Below, one piece after another: positions 21,245 through 31,545 of a DNA stretch of 55,200 nt (the stretch's first letter is position 1; each line of letters begins with the position of its first letter). This DNA comes from Candidatus Nomurabacteria bacterium RIFCSPLOWO2_01_FULL_33_24 (lineage in GTDB: Bacteria > Patescibacteriota > Minisyncoccia > Phycocordibacterales > MFUP01): assembly GCA_001785735.1 (NCBI GenBank), contig MFUP01000005.1, positions 1 to 55,200 on the forward strand. Reading direction: 5' to 3'. The position numbers and the translations under genes were made by a program. The notes under the pieces are model-generated. The model was given only the letters and a program-made list of their open reading frames with translations, had not been told where the DNA came from and searched no databases.

Positions 21245-21679
21245 ATGGCAACAAAAACGACAAAAAAATCTAGTGCCCAGAAAACCAAAATAAAAAAAAA
21301 CACAGACAGCCCAAAAAACAAAACTAAAATAGCAGCTAAAGATAAATCTGATTTTTTGTCTAAGGGAGATGACTTAATAAAACTTCGCATTAGAGTCCGA
21401 GCTTATGAAAATAAAATACTTGACGCTTCGGTAAAACAAATTATTGATACTGCCAGTCGTTATGATGCTGATATCATTGGGCCAATACCATTACCAACAG
21501 AAAAAAAGAAATATACAGTTAACCGATCACCTTTTATTTTTAAGGATTCTAGAGAACAATTTGAAATTAGAGTTCATAAAAGAGTCATTGATATTTCTAA
21601 TCCATCCGCTAAGATAATTGATGCTTTAACCAACTTAAATTTACCATCAGGAGTTGATATTGATGTCAAAATGCTCTAA
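21245..21679 (+). CDS. rpsJ: 30S ribosomal protein S10 with a Lys-rich N-terminal extension
   Basis: [29 protein letters not shown]. Confidence 0.96.
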   Translation: MATKTTKKSSAQKTKIKKNTDSPKNKTKIAAKDKSDFLSKGDDLIKLRIRVRAYENKILDASVKQIIDTASRYDADIIGPIPLPTEKKKYTVNRSPFIFKDSREQFEIRVHKRVIDISNPSAKIIDALTNLNLPSGVDIDVKML

Positions 21680-21789
21680 AAATAACAGTCTCTTTATTGA
21701 CGGATAGCATATTTTTTAATCCGCTAGAAGTTGATCTATTAAAAATTTGGTTGACGAAGGCGGGTTATTGAGATAATTTTTAAAAATAT

Positions 21790-22410
21790 ATGAAATTTAT
21801 ATTGGGAACAAAACAAAAGATGGTTCAATATTTTAATGAAGAAGGGAAAGCTTCTCCAGCTACTTTAATATCAGCTGGTCCTATTGTTGTTACTCAATTA
21901 AAAGATAAAGAAAAAGATGGATATAAAGCTATTCAAATCGGTTATTTGGAGAAAAAGAAGCAAAATTCTAAAAGTAAGTTGGGGCACTTAAAGAATCTTG
22001 GTAATTTTAAGCACTTAAGAGAATTTATTACTGAAAATGATGAAAAATTAAAATTAGGAGATACTATTGATGTTTCTGCCTTTGAAAAAGTAAAAACTGT
22101 TGTCATTAGTGGTGTTTCTAAAGGAAAAGGATTTCAAGGAGGAGTTAAACGACATGGTTTTCATGGAGGACCGCGGTCTCATGGGCAAAAACATTCCGAA
22201 CGTGAAGTCGGCTCAATCGGGGATGCTGGGTCACAAAGAGTTTTTAAGGGCAAAAGGATGCCTGGCCGAATGGGAAGTGATAGAATAACCGTAAAAAATT
22301 TGGTTATTCTTGATATTGATAAAGAAAATAATCATTTGTTAGTCAAAGGAGCTGTTCCCGGAAGATTGGGGACTATTTTAGAAATTAGAAGTCTAAAAAT
22401 TAAACTATAA
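21790..22410 (+). CDS. rplC: 50S ribosomal protein L3
   Basis: SKGKGFQGGVKRHGF, GKRMPGRMG, KGAVPG. Confidence 0.97.
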   Translation: MKFILGTKQKMVQYFNEEGKASPATLISAGPIVVTQLKDKEKDGYKAIQIGYLEKKKQNSKSKLGHLKNLGNFKHLREFITENDEKLKLGDTIDVSAFEKVKTVVISGVSKGKGFQGGVKRHGFHGGPRSHGQKHSEREVGSIGDAGSQRVFKGKRMPGRMGSDRITVKNLVILDIDKENNHLLVKGAVPGRLGTILEIRSLKIKL

Positions 22411-23072
22411 TGGAAGCAAAAGTATACAACCAAAAAGGGGAAGAAACTGGAAAAGTAAAACTACCAAATGAAATCTTTGGATTAAAATGGAATGGTGATT
22501 TAGTTCATCAAGTTACCACAGGAATGCAAGCTAACCAAAGAATCAATATTGCCCATACCAAAGATCGAAGTGAAGTTTCTGGGGGAGGGAAAAAACCATA
22601 CAGGCAAAAAGGAACTGGCCGAGCGCGACATGGCTCAATTCGATCTCCAATTTGGAAAGGTGGCGGAGTTACTCATGGGCCATTAAAAGATAAAAAATAT
22701 AGAGAGAAAATAAATAAAAAAATGAAAATTAAAGCTCTTTATACAATTCTTTCAGAAAAGTTAAAAGACAAAGAAATATTGTTTATTGACGATATAAAAT
22801 TAAAAGAAGTAAAGACAAAATTAGCTCAAAAAATATTACTATCTCTTAGTAAAGTATCTGGTTTTAATAAATTAAAGATGAAGAAAAAAAATAATATTTT
22901 TCTATCTTTAAATAAGAAAGATGAGATAATCAGAAAAAGTTTTAATAATCTTCCCCAGATATATCTTGATCGAATAGGGAATATTAATCCCTTAACAATA
23001 TTAAAATATAGATATTTAATAATTGTTGATCCAGAAAAAAGTATAAATTTAATATTGAATAAGATTAAATAA
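22410..23072 (+). CDS. rplD: 50S ribosomal protein L4
   Basis: GGGKKPYRQKGTGRARHGSIRSP. Confidence 0.97.
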   Translation: MEAKVYNQKGEETGKVKLPNEIFGLKWNGDLVHQVTTGMQANQRINIAHTKDRSEVSGGGKKPYRQKGTGRARHGSIRSPIWKGGGVTHGPLKDKKYREKINKKMKIKALYTILSEKLKDKEILFIDDIKLKEVKTKLAQKILLSLSKVSGFNKLKMKKKNNIFLSLNKKDEIIRKSFNNLPQIYLDRIGNINPLTILKYRYLIIVDPEKSINLILNKIK

Positions 23073-23350
23073 TGAAATCTATTAATAAAATAATTAAAAG
23101 ACCTAGAATTACAGAAAAAGCATCAATGTTAACAGAAAACTCTGTCTACACTTTTGATATTGCCCCCAAAACTACCAAAATAGAAATTAAAGATGCTATT
23201 AGGAAACTTTATAAAGTAGATCCAATTAAAATTAGAATTGCGTCTGTCCCAGCTAAAAATGTTTTTATTAGAGGTAAAAAGGGAATCAAAAAAGGAGGCA
23301 GAAAAGCAATGGTTTATTTAAAGTTAGGTGATAAAATTGAATTTATTTAA
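23072..23350 (+). CDS. rplW: 50S ribosomal protein L23
   Basis: RPRITEKA, RKAMVYL. Confidence 0.95.
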   Translation: MKSINKIIKRPRITEKASMLTENSVYTFDIAPKTTKIEIKDAIRKLYKVDPIKIRIASVPAKNVFIRGKKGIKKGGRKAMVYLKLGDKIEFI

Positions 23351-23353
23351 TAT

Positions 23354-24199
23354 ATGAAAAAATATAAACCAACAACTCCATCAAGAAGACAAATGTCTAC
23401 TGTTTCCTATAAAGGGATTATAACTACTTCCAGTCCAGAAAGAACCTTAACTAAAGGATTTAAAAGAGGAACTGGAAGGAATAATCAAGGAAGAATAACC
23501 ACTCGTCATAAAGGAGGCGGACATAAACGTCGCTATCGTCTTATTGATTTTAAATATGAAAAAATGGATATTTCTGCTAAAGTTAAAACTATTGAATATG
23601 ATCCAAACAGATCATCCTTCATTGCCTTAATTTCCTATCTTGATGGAGAAAAACGTTATATTATTGCTCCTAAATCAATAAAAGTAGGCGACAAACTAAT
23701 TATCTCCGAAGAGGCTCCTTTGAATGTTGGCAATCGTTTGCCTCTTAAAAATATTCCAGTAGGAACTTTTGTTTATAATGTTGAAATAAAACCTAAAAGT
23801 GGAGCTAAATTCGCTCGCTCAGCCGGTAATTTTGTTCAAGTTTTAGCTAATAGCGATGGTTATACCCATTTAAAAATGCCATCATCAGAAATAAGAAAAG
23901 TTAATGAAAAGTGTTGGGCTTCTATTGGGGAAGTTTCTAATGAAGAACATAAATTAGTTAATATTGGGAAAGCGGGCCGATCAAGATGGTTGGGAATTCG
24001 TCCGACAGTTCGCGGATCAGCGATGAACCCAGTTGATCATCCTCATGGTGGTGGTGAAGGACGACAAGGAATTGGTTTAAGAAGAGGGCCAAAAACACCA
24101 TGGGGTAAATTAGCTTATGGAGTTAAAACTGGCAGTAAGAAGAAATATTCTGCTAAACTTATTGTTTCTAGACGGAAACCAAAGAAGAGAAAAAAATAA
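23354..24199 (+). CDS. rplB: 50S ribosomal protein L2
   Basis: [33 protein letters not shown]. Confidence 0.98.
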   Translation: MKKYKPTTPSRRQMSTVSYKGIITTSSPERTLTKGFKRGTGRNNQGRITTRHKGGGHKRRYRLIDFKYEKMDISAKVKTIEYDPNRSSFIALISYLDGEKRYIIAPKSIKVGDKLIISEEAPLNVGNRLPLKNIPVGTFVYNVEIKPKSGAKFARSAGNFVQVLANSDGYTHLKMPSSEIRKVNEKCWASIGEVSNEEHKLVNIGKAGRSRWLGIRPTVRGSAMNPVDHPHGGGEGRQGIGLRRGPKTPWGKLAYGVKTGSKKKYSAKLIVSRRKPKKRKK

Positions 24200-24209
24200 G
24201 AAGAAGTAA

Positions 24210-24264
24210 TTGACTTTATTTTTCAACCTGATAAGATAAAAAACAAGCTCTATCGAGCTTGTTT
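24210..24264 (+). promoter_or_regulatory. Internal rpsS promoter plus leader hairpin
   Basis: TTGACT-16 nt-TAAGAT with extended TG; AAACAAGCTC-TATC-GAGCTTGTTT at 24241-24264. Confidence 0.75.
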
Positions 24265-24272
24265 TATTTGAG

Positions 24273-24614
24273 ATGACTAGATCACTTAAAAAAGGTCCCT
24301 ATGTGGACGAAAAATTACTAAAAAAGATAGAAGGGAAAAAACCAGACCAAGTCGGGGTTATTAAAACATGGGCTCGAGCATCCCAAATATCACCCGAAAT
24401 GGTTGGTTTTACTTTTGGGGTTCATAATGGAAAAAGTCATCTTGAAGTTTTTGTTTCAGAAGATATGGTTGGCCATCGTCTAGGAGAATTTTCTTTAACT
24501 AGAAAATTTATTAAACATGGAGGTAAAATGCAAAAAGAAATTGAACAAAAGAAAAGAGAAGCTGAAATTACCCAAGCTAAAGCGGCTAAAGCAACTAGTG
24601 ATTCTAAAAAATAA
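24273..24614 (+). CDS. rpsS: 30S ribosomal protein S19
   Basis: [24 protein letters not shown]. Confidence 0.97.
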   Translation: MTRSLKKGPYVDEKLLKKIEGKKPDQVGVIKTWARASQISPEMVGFTFGVHNGKSHLEVFVSEDMVGHRLGEFSLTRKFIKHGGKMQKEIEQKKREAEITQAKAAKATSDSKK

Positions 24615-24624
24615 TATTTAAAAT

Positions 24625-24960
24625 ATGAAATCATTTCTAAAAAACCACAGACAAGCTCCTCGAAAAGTTCGCTTAGTAACAAATTTTATTAAAGGTAAGT
24701 TAGTCAATGTTGCTCAAAATGAACTTAAATTACTTCCTCAAAGAGCCGGGATGGTAGTAAAAAAGCTTTTGGGATCAGCGGTCGCTAATGCTAAACATAA
24801 TTCTGAGGTTAGTGAAGATAAATTATATGTGAAAGATATTATTGTTAATGAAGGATCAACCCTAAAACGATTTAGACCAAGGGCCATGGGAAGATCTTCA
24901 AAAATTAACAAACGATCAAGTCATATTACTATTATTCTTGCTGAAAAAAATTATGACTAA
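24625..24960 (+). CDS. rplV: 50S ribosomal protein L22
   Basis: PRKVRLV, SAVANA, LKRFRPRAMGR, SHITI. Confidence 0.97.
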   Translation: MKSFLKNHRQAPRKVRLVTNFIKGKLVNVAQNELKLLPQRAGMVVKKLLGSAVANAKHNSEVSEDKLYVKDIIVNEGSTLKRFRPRAMGRSSKINKRSSHITIILAEKNYD

Positions 24961-25618
24961 AACAGTCCATCCATATGCCCACAGATTAGTGATTTTACGA
25001 GACTGGAAGTCTCGTTGGTTTTCTAATAAAAAGAAATATAAAGATTTTCTTAGGGCAGATGTTTTAATTAGAAAATTTTTAGAGAAAAGATTGAGAGGAT
25101 TTTATGTTTCATCTATTGAAATAGAAAGAAGTAGAAAATTTTCTAAAATTATAATAAAAACTTCTCGTCCGGGGATGATTATTGGCCGTAACGGAGAAGG
25201 AGCAACAAAACTTAAAGAAGATTTATTAAAAATTATGAAAAAAAATGAAATTACTATTTCTGAAGAATTTAAATTAGATATTATTGAAGTTATTTCCCCG
25301 GATTCTGACGCTTCTCTGGTTGCTTATTCAATTGTTGAAGCCATGGAAAAGAGATTGCCTTATCGTCGAGTTATCAAACAAGCTCTCGAGAAAGTTATGG
25401 CGGTTAGGGAAGTAAAAGGAGCCAGAATTGTTGTGGCTGGACGGCTTGGTGGTACTGAAATTGCTAGGACCGAAGGAATAAAAGATGGTAATATTCCTTT
25501 ACAAACACTAAGAGCTGATATTGATTTTGCTCGAGAACGAGCTCGTTTACCTTATGGGACAATAGGAATTAAAGTTTGGATTTACAAAGGAGAAGTTTTT
25601 AATGATAAGAAAAAATAA
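24953..25618 (+). CDS. rpsC: 30S ribosomal protein S3
   Basis: RPGMIIGR, GRLGG.EIAR, PLQTLRADID; ATG at 24953. Confidence 0.97.
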   Translation: MTKTVHPYAHRLVILRDWKSRWFSNKKKYKDFLRADVLIRKFLEKRLRGFYVSSIEIERSRKFSKIIIKTSRPGMIIGRNGEGATKLKEDLLKIMKKNEITISEEFKLDIIEVISPDSDASLVAYSIVEAMEKRLPYRRVIKQALEKVMAVREVKGARIVVAGRLGGTEIARTEGIKDGNIPLQTLRADIDFARERARLPYGTIGIKVWIYKGEVFNDKKK

Positions 25619-25620
25619 AT

Positions 25621-26040
25621 ATGCTTTTCCCTAAAAAAGTAAAATTTAGAAAGTGGCAAACTCAAAGAAAAAAGTTAAACAAGATTAATTCTGCCACCAG
25701 AGGAACAGAACTAAGTTTTGGTTCCTTTGGTTTAAAATCAGAAACTGCCGGGAGAATTCGATCTAATCAATTAGAAGCGGCTAGAAAAACAATGACTAAA
25801 AAAATATCAAAAGTTGGAAAAATCTGGATTAGAATATTCCCTGACAGACCTTACACTGCCAAAGCGGCTGAAGTTGGAATGGGAAAAGGAAAAGGAGATC
25901 CTAAAGGATATTGTGTCGAAGTCCACCCCGGAAGAATTATTTTTGAGGTTGATGGTGTTTCTGAAGAAATAGCCAGAGAAGCTCTTAGAAAAGCTGGAAC
26001 AAAATTACCAATTAAAACTAAAGTTACTAGTCGATCATGA
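25621..26040 (+). CDS. rplP: 50S ribosomal protein L16
   Basis: PKKVKFRK, WIRIFPD, MGKGKG. Confidence 0.97.
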   Translation: MLFPKKVKFRKWQTQRKKLNKINSATRGTELSFGSFGLKSETAGRIRSNQLEAARKTMTKKISKVGKIWIRIFPDRPYTAKAAEVGMGKGKGDPKGYCVEVHPGRIIFEVDGVSEEIAREALRKAGTKLPIKTKVTSRS

Positions 26041-26219
26041 AATTAAAAGATTTTAAAGATGGGGAACTTGAAAAAAAATTAGAAGATAAACAAGAAAAAC
26101 TTCGGCAGTTTCGTTTTGGTGTTTCTGGGAGTAAAACTAAAAATGTTAAGGAGGGAAGTCTTTTAAGAAAAGAAATTGCTCAGATTATGACTGAAAAACG
26201 AAGAAGAATTAAAAATTAA
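26037..26219 (+). CDS. rpmC: 50S ribosomal protein L29
   Basis: [16 protein letters not shown]; operon position. Confidence 0.92.
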   Translation: MKLKDFKDGELEKKLEDKQEKLRQFRFGVSGSKTKNVKEGSLLRKEIAQIMTEKRRRIKN

Positions 26220-26221
26220 TT

Positions 26222-26446
26222 ATGACCAAAAAGATTTTAAAAGGAATAGTTGTTTCAGACAAAATGGACAAAACCATTGTTGTTTCAGTAACTCGTTTTG
26301 TTAAACATCCCAAATATAAAAAATATAGTAAAATTAGTAAAAATTATAAAGCTCATGATGTTGAAAATAAGTATAAAACAGGCGATAATGTTCAAATTGA
26401 AGAAATAAAACCTTTATCAAAAGAGAAAAATTTTAAAGTTCTATGA
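26222..26446 (+). CDS. rpsQ: 30S ribosomal protein S17
   Basis: [26 protein letters not shown]. Confidence 0.96.
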   Translation: MTKKILKGIVVSDKMDKTIVVSVTRFVKHPKYKKYSKISKNYKAHDVENKYKTGDNVQIEEIKPLSKEKNFKVL

Positions 26447-26814
26447 TCCAGCCAGAAACAAAAGTAATAATCACAGATAATACCGGTGGCAAAATTGGTA
26501 ATGTTTTTAAAATATTAGGAGGATCCAAAAGACGTTATGCCAGAATTGGTGACAAAGTAGTAATATCAGTTAGAGTCGCTGATCCTAGAAAAGGAGTTAA
26601 GAAAAAAGATGTTCATCAAGCAGTGGTTGTTCGTCAAAATAAATCCTTCAGAAGAAAAGATGGTTCTTATATTAAATTTGATGACAATGCCGTGGTTATT
26701 TTAGAAAAAGACAAAAAAGAACCAAAAGGAGGAAGAATTTTTGGCCCAGTTCCAAGAGAATTAGGAGAAATGGGATATCAGAAAATTATTTCCTTGGCTC
26801 CAGAAGTTTTATAA
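26443..26814 (+). CDS. rplN: 50S ribosomal protein L14
   Basis: [35 protein letters not shown]. Confidence 0.97.
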   Translation: MIQPETKVIITDNTGGKIGNVFKILGGSKRRYARIGDKVVISVRVADPRKGVKKKDVHQAVVVRQNKSFRRKDGSYIKFDDNAVVILEKDKKEPKGGRIFGPVPRELGEMGYQKIISLAPEVL

Positions 26815-26845
26815 ATTATATTTATTATTTACTAATTTTTAAAAA

Positions 26846-27067
26846 ATGAAAGTGAAAAAAGGAGACAACATTATAGTGATTACCGGGAAAGATAAAGGGA
26901 GAAAAGGAAAGGTAATAAAAGCTATTCCGAATCTAAGCAAGGTGGTGGTTGAGGGGATTAATATGAAAAAACGTCACCAACGACCAAAAAAATCAAATGA
27001 AAAAGGTCAAGTTTTAGAAATAGCTTCTCCGATTGATGTTTCAAATATAAAATTATGGAAGAAATAA
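26846..27067 (+). CDS. rplX: 50S ribosomal protein L24 (short, 73 aa)
   Basis: KOW motif KKGD.IVITGKDKG.KG, VEGIN, PIDVSN. Confidence 0.95.
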   Translation: MKVKKGDNIIVITGKDKGRKGKVIKAIPNLSKVVVEGINMKKRHQRPKKSNEKGQVLEIASPIDVSNIKLWKK

Positions 27068-27594
27068 AGAAAAAACAAGATAAATCTTTTGAGCTTTTGA
27101 AAAAAAACTTCAATTACAAAAACAAAATGTCTGCCCCCAAGTTAGTTAAAGTTGTGTTAAGTTCAGGAACGGGTTCTGGCCTCAAAAGAGACAAAAAAAT
27201 AAATGAAGTAGTGTTTGATCGATTGACTAAAATTACTGGACAAAAGCCATCATTGCGAAAAGCCAAAAAATCAGTCGCTAGTTTTAAAATTCGTCAAGGA
27301 GACCCAATTGGAGTAATGGTCAATTTAAGAGGGGAAAGAATGTATTCCTTTTTAGATAAATTAATAAATATTGCCTTTCCTAGAACTAAAGATTTTAGAG
27401 GTTTGAAAACAAGCGCGGTAGATGAGGCTGGGAATTTAACAATTGGGATCAAAGAACATATAATTTTTCCAGAAACTTCTGACGAAGAATTAAAAGATGT
27501 TTTTGGATTAGCAATTACTTTAGTTAGTACCGCTAAAAATAAAAAAGAAGCCACCGCCTTTTTTGAACTTATTGGGATACCCTTTAGAAAATAA
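27055..27594 (+). CDS. rplE: 50S ribosomal protein L5
   Basis: ITGQKP, KKSVASFKIRQG, PRTKDFRG, EHIIFPE. Confidence 0.96.
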   Translation: MEEIKKKQDKSFELLKKNFNYKNKMSAPKLVKVVLSSGTGSGLKRDKKINEVVFDRLTKITGQKPSLRKAKKSVASFKIRQGDPIGVMVNLRGERMYSFLDKLINIAFPRTKDFRGLKTSAVDEAGNLTIGIKEHIIFPETSDEELKDVFGLAITLVSTAKNKKEATAFFELIGIPFRK

Positions 27595-27642
27595 GTTTCT
27601 AATTGACAAATCATCTTAAATTGATATAGAATGAAGTCATAA

Positions 27643-30600
27643 ATGGCTTACAAAATAATAATATTTTCAATAATTATTTTCCTATTTCTATTAATTACTC
27701 CTTTCACTCAAGCGGCTTACAACGCCAGCGATTGTTTGGGGCAATTGGATTCTTCCAATGCTTGCGTATACACCAAAGGATTAACTAACAATAGTGGTGG
27801 GAATAGGGGATTAAATGGCGTTAGATATTCAGAAATTGATATCGTTAATCACCGTCTTTTTGTTTCTGATCAGTTAAATAACCGCGTTTTAATTTACAAT
27901 CTTGATTCCAGCAACAATCTAATTGACCGAGTCGCCGATAAGGTCTTGGGACAACCTAATTTTACTACTAACATTCCCGCTGTTACTCAAAATGGAATGA
28001 CTCAACCTTTGGGATTGGCGTATGATGCCACCAATAATCGTCTTTTTGTGGTGGAACCTTCGATAAACCGCATCCTTGTTTTTAATGTCGCTTCTATTAC
28101 TGACGGCGAAAGCGCGGTGAATGTTTTAGGGCAAACAGATTTCATTTCCAGCGCGCCGGCTGTTACCCAATCGGGTCTTTCTATTCCTAATGATGTTACA
28201 TATGATTCCGCCAACGACCGTCTTTTTGTCGACAATTTGGGTTCTCATAGAGTAGTGATATATAACACTGCCATAATTACTGACGGAGAAGACGCCGTAA
28301 ATGTTCTAGGTCAAACCGATTTTATTTCAAGCACTCCGGCAACAACACAAAATGGAATGTGGGGGCCAAGGGGGGTTACCTACGATTCCGTCAATAATAG
28401 GTTAATTGTTGGCGATAGGGTCAATCATCGCGTTTTGTTTTTTGATATATCTTCTATCACTGACGGAGAAGACGCCGTAAATGTTCTAGGTCAAGCCGAT
28501 TTTACTTCCCAAACAATAGCTACCACTCAATCCGGCCTTCATTTTCCATATGGTATTGACTATGATTCTACAAATAATCGTCTTTTTGTCGCTGACTTGT
28601 TCAATAATCGTGTTATGGTCTTTGACACCCGCGTAAAAGTTCATTCGGCCTCGGGTTATTTCTATAAAGATGTTGACGGAAGCAATACAGTTACGGCTTC
28701 GGATATCCGTCATTCATCCGCGATTTCTGTTATTTCCGCGTATTCAGCGACCGGCGCAAACGAGGTAATAGTTGTTGATACGACCCTTACCGACAGCAGT
28801 GATGAAGTTCTTTCCTTTGGAACAATTACTACCGGCCAAACTATCATTCTTACCGAGACCGGAGCGGACACCAATACCATCGGAGCCATAACCGGAACTT
28901 TAGTTTCAACCGGCGGTTTTACCTGCACCGCCTATGACGCGGATAATGGCGGAGGTTCTTCTACTACCGCTATGGCTTCAATTCAATCTGTAAAATGTAT
29001 AAATGGAAGTGCAAATGTGGTGGTTTTTAATACAGACACGGATCTTGTAACAGATTTAGTGGCCGAATCTACGACCATTACTTTAATCACTTCAACTTAC
29101 GCTTCCGGCGCCACCGTAGCTTCCACCGATTCCGACCTCGGTTTAACCGTTTCTTTCACCAATGCCAACGGCTACAACGCTGATAATGTTCTGGGGCAGA
29201 GTGATTTTGTTTCTAGCACTGCAGCCACAACACAATCAGGAATGTCCTCCCCAATAGGTCTTGTTTATGATTCCGCCAACAACCGTATTTATGTTCCTGA
29301 TTTAACCAATAATCGCGTTTCTATCTTTGATGTCGCTTCCATCACCGATGGAGAAAATGCCGTTGATCTTCTCGGGCAATTGGATTCTAGCGATAGTCCG
29401 GTTTATACAACGGCTTACACTAATAATGTAACGACAAATAATATTGGATTTAATATCACCCACGGGGTTGTTTTAGACACAATCAACCATCGTCTTTTTG
29501 TTTCTGACCGCGATAATAACCGTATTTTAATATATGAACTTGACGCTAATAATAATTTAGTTGATCGGCTTCCTGAAAGAGTTTTAGGTCAAAGTAATTT
29601 TACCTCTAACATGGCCACTACCACCCAAAGCGGATTAAGTTCTCCGCGATTTTTGACTTATGACTCCGCCAACAATCGCCTTTTTGTGGCGGAGGTAGGG
29701 AACGATCGGATTCTTGTTTTTGATGTGGTCTCTATCACCAACGGAGAAAATGCCGTCAATGTTTTAGGGCAAGCAGATTTTACTTCTAATAGCACGGGAG
29801 TAACTCAAAGCACGGTAAATAATCCAGCTGGGTTAGCTTATGACTCCACTAACGGCAGACTTTTTGTGACTGATAACACTAACAACCGTGTTTTAGTTTT
29901 TGATGTTGCTTCAATTACTGATGGAGAAAATGCTGTTAATGTCTTGGGCCAAACAAATTTTACTTCCAATAGCACCGCCACCACACAAAGCGGAATGAAT
30001 AATCCTAACAGCTTAGCTTACGACTCCGCCAATAACCGTCTTTTTGTTAGTGATTATATCAACAATCGTGTTCTTGTTTTTGATGTTACTTCCATTACTA
30101 ACGGAGAGAATGCAGTCTATGTTTTAGGGCAAGTTGATTTTACTTCTTCGGCTAACGCTCTTGCGGCTTTCGGGAATTTAAATATTCCGTGGTATGTGTA
30201 TGTTTTAGTAACAATCCTATTAATAATCCTGTTGTTATTTACATCCAAGCATTTGCCAAAATGGGTCGCGGTTGTTATTACCATCTTGATAATCCTTCTG
30301 ATTATTTTCGGATTTCTTGTCTATGTGGCTTTTGGGGGGTTAAGCCAGATGGGGATGAGTAATCCTTCGGCTCCATCTTATGATTCAGTCAATAATCGTT
30401 TGTTTGTCTCTGATAATTCCAACAATCGCATTCTTCTTTTTGATACCACCACTATTAATAATGGAGAAAATGCAATCGCTATTTTAGGACAGGATGATTA
30501 TGTAACGAATACAGCAAAGACAACCCAAGATGGGATATATTCTCCTTCCGGACTAGCTTATGATTCTTCTCTTAATCGTCTTTATTTTTCAGATGGCACC

Positions 30601-31545
30601 AATAGCCGCGTCCTCATCTTCAACTTTATTCGTTCTACTTCATCTGTTACTAATACTACCGTTGGCGATACTTATTCAGAAACATTATCTAGTACTAATA
30701 GCCAAGGAACAGTTACCTGGGCAGTTTCTAGTGGGTCTTTACCACCCGGTCTTTCCCTAGATTCTTCCACTGGAATAATTAGTGGCGCTTCTCTTATTGC
30801 TGGAACAACCACTTTCTCCGTTCAAGCCACAGATACTACCGCTACCGGGACATTCTTATCTCCTCCCCACCCTTTAACTATTATTGTTTCTGAATCACAA
30901 GGAACCGGAGCAATAGCTACCCCAGAAGAAGCCAGACAAGACCCTGCCGGAGGCAGTGAAAGCGGAGCGCCTGATTCTGGAGGAGAAGCGATTTCTTTCT
31001 ATATCAACAACGGAGTCCCGGAAACAAACAACTCTAAAGTTACTCTTAATTTTTCAGCTGTCACTAATCCGGAAATTAAATCATTAACTATTTCAACTAA
31101 CCCAGATCTTGAAGATTCTGTTATTCAAGATTATCAAGATAATTTAATTTATAATCTCTGCCAAAATCAAGAAACTTGCCAGGAAGGAGAATATACTTTA
31201 TATACAAAACTATATACCAAGTGGGGAAGAACAACTGATATTCTTTCAGATTCCATTTATTACCGACCTCAACCCAATAGTGACCAATCTTTAGTTAAAA
31301 CTAATGAAAAAATAATTAATTCCCCAATAATAAAAGAGGTTAAAAACGAAGTTCCTCAAAATACAAAATCATCAAAAACAATTTTTATTGTTCAACCATG
31401 GAGTAATGAAAATTGGGTTAATTCTACTCTAAGCGGTATTGCTTTCCAATCTAACCTCTCCATCAAAAATGTTCTTAAATTAAACCCTGAAATTACCAAT
31501 AGAGATCTTGTTAAAGTAGGACAGAAGATTATATTAGGAGATTGA
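27643..31545 (+). CDS. 1300-aa surface protein: signal peptide, NHL-like beta-propeller repeats, internal transmembrane hairpin, putative Ig domain, LysM-like C-terminus
   Basis: About 60-aa repeats YDS.NNRLFV.D..NNRVL.FD...A.NVLGQ.DF; GSLPPGLSLDSSTGIISG; TLSGIA..LNPEI.N.DL..VGQKI; own TTGACA at 27603. Confidence 0.85.
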   Translation: MAYKIIIFSIIIFLFLLITPFTQAAYNASDCLGQLDSSNACVYTKGLTNNSGGNRGLNGVRYSEIDIVNHRLFVSDQLNNRVLIYNLDSSNNLIDRVADKVLGQPNFTTNIPAVTQNGMTQPLGLAYDATNNRLFVVEPSINRILVFNVASITDGESAVNVLGQTDFISSAPAVTQSGLSIPNDVTYDSANDRLFVDNLGSHRVVIYNTAIITDGEDAVNVLGQTDFISSTPATTQNGMWGPRGVTYDSVNNRLIVGDRVNHRVLFFDISSITDGEDAVNVLGQADFTSQTIATTQSGLHFPYGIDYDSTNNRLFVADLFNNRVMVFDTRVKVHSASGYFYKDVDGSNTVTASDIRHSSAISVISAYSATGANEVIVVDTTLTDSSDEVLSFGTITTGQTIILTETGADTNTIGAITGTLVSTGGFTCTAYDADNGGGSSTTAMASIQSVKCINGSANVVVFNTDTDLVTDLVAESTTITLITSTYASGATVASTDSDLGLTVSFTNANGYNADNVLGQSDFVSSTAATTQSGMSSPIGLVYDSANNRIYVPDLTNNRVSIFDVASITDGENAVDLLGQLDSSDSPVYTTAYTNNVTTNNIGFNITHGVVLDTINHRLFVSDRDNNRILIYELDANNNLVDRLPERVLGQSNFTSNMATTTQSGLSSPRFLTYDSANNRLFVAEVGNDRILVFDVVSITNGENAVNVLGQADFTSNSTGVTQSTVNNPAGLAYDSTNGRLFVTDNTNNRVLVFDVASITDGENAVNVLGQTNFTSNSTATTQSGMNNPNSLAYDSANNRLFVSDYINNRVLVFDVTSITNGENAVYVLGQVDFTSSANALAAFGNLNIPWYVYVLVTILLIILLLFTSKHLPKWVAVVITILIILLIIFGFLVYVAFGGLSQMGMSNPSAPSYDSVNNRLFVSDNSNNRILLFDTTTINNGENAIAILGQDDYVTNTAKTTQDGIYSPSGLAYDSSLNRLYFSDGTNSRVLIFNFIRSTSSVTNTTVGDTYSETLSSTNSQGTVTWAVSSGSLPPGLSLDSSTGIISGASLIAGTTTFSVQATDTTATGTFLSPPHPLTIIVSESQGTGAIATPEEARQDPAGGSESGAPDSGGEAISFYINNGVPETNNSKVTLNFSAVTNPEIKSLTISTNPDLEDSVIQDYQDNLIYNLCQNQETCQEGEYTLYTKLYTKWGRTTDILSDSIYYRPQPNSDQSLVKTNEKIINSPIIKEVKNEVPQNTKSSKTIFIVQPWSNENWVNSTLSGIAFQSNLSIKNVLKLNPEITNRDLVKVGQKIILGD

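Noticed and set aside
28279..28494. Exact 36-bp direct repeat 180 bp apart, superficially CRISPR-like
   Set aside because: In-frame copies of the 60-aa NHL protein repeat; only two exact copies, spacing too long, and no cas genes.
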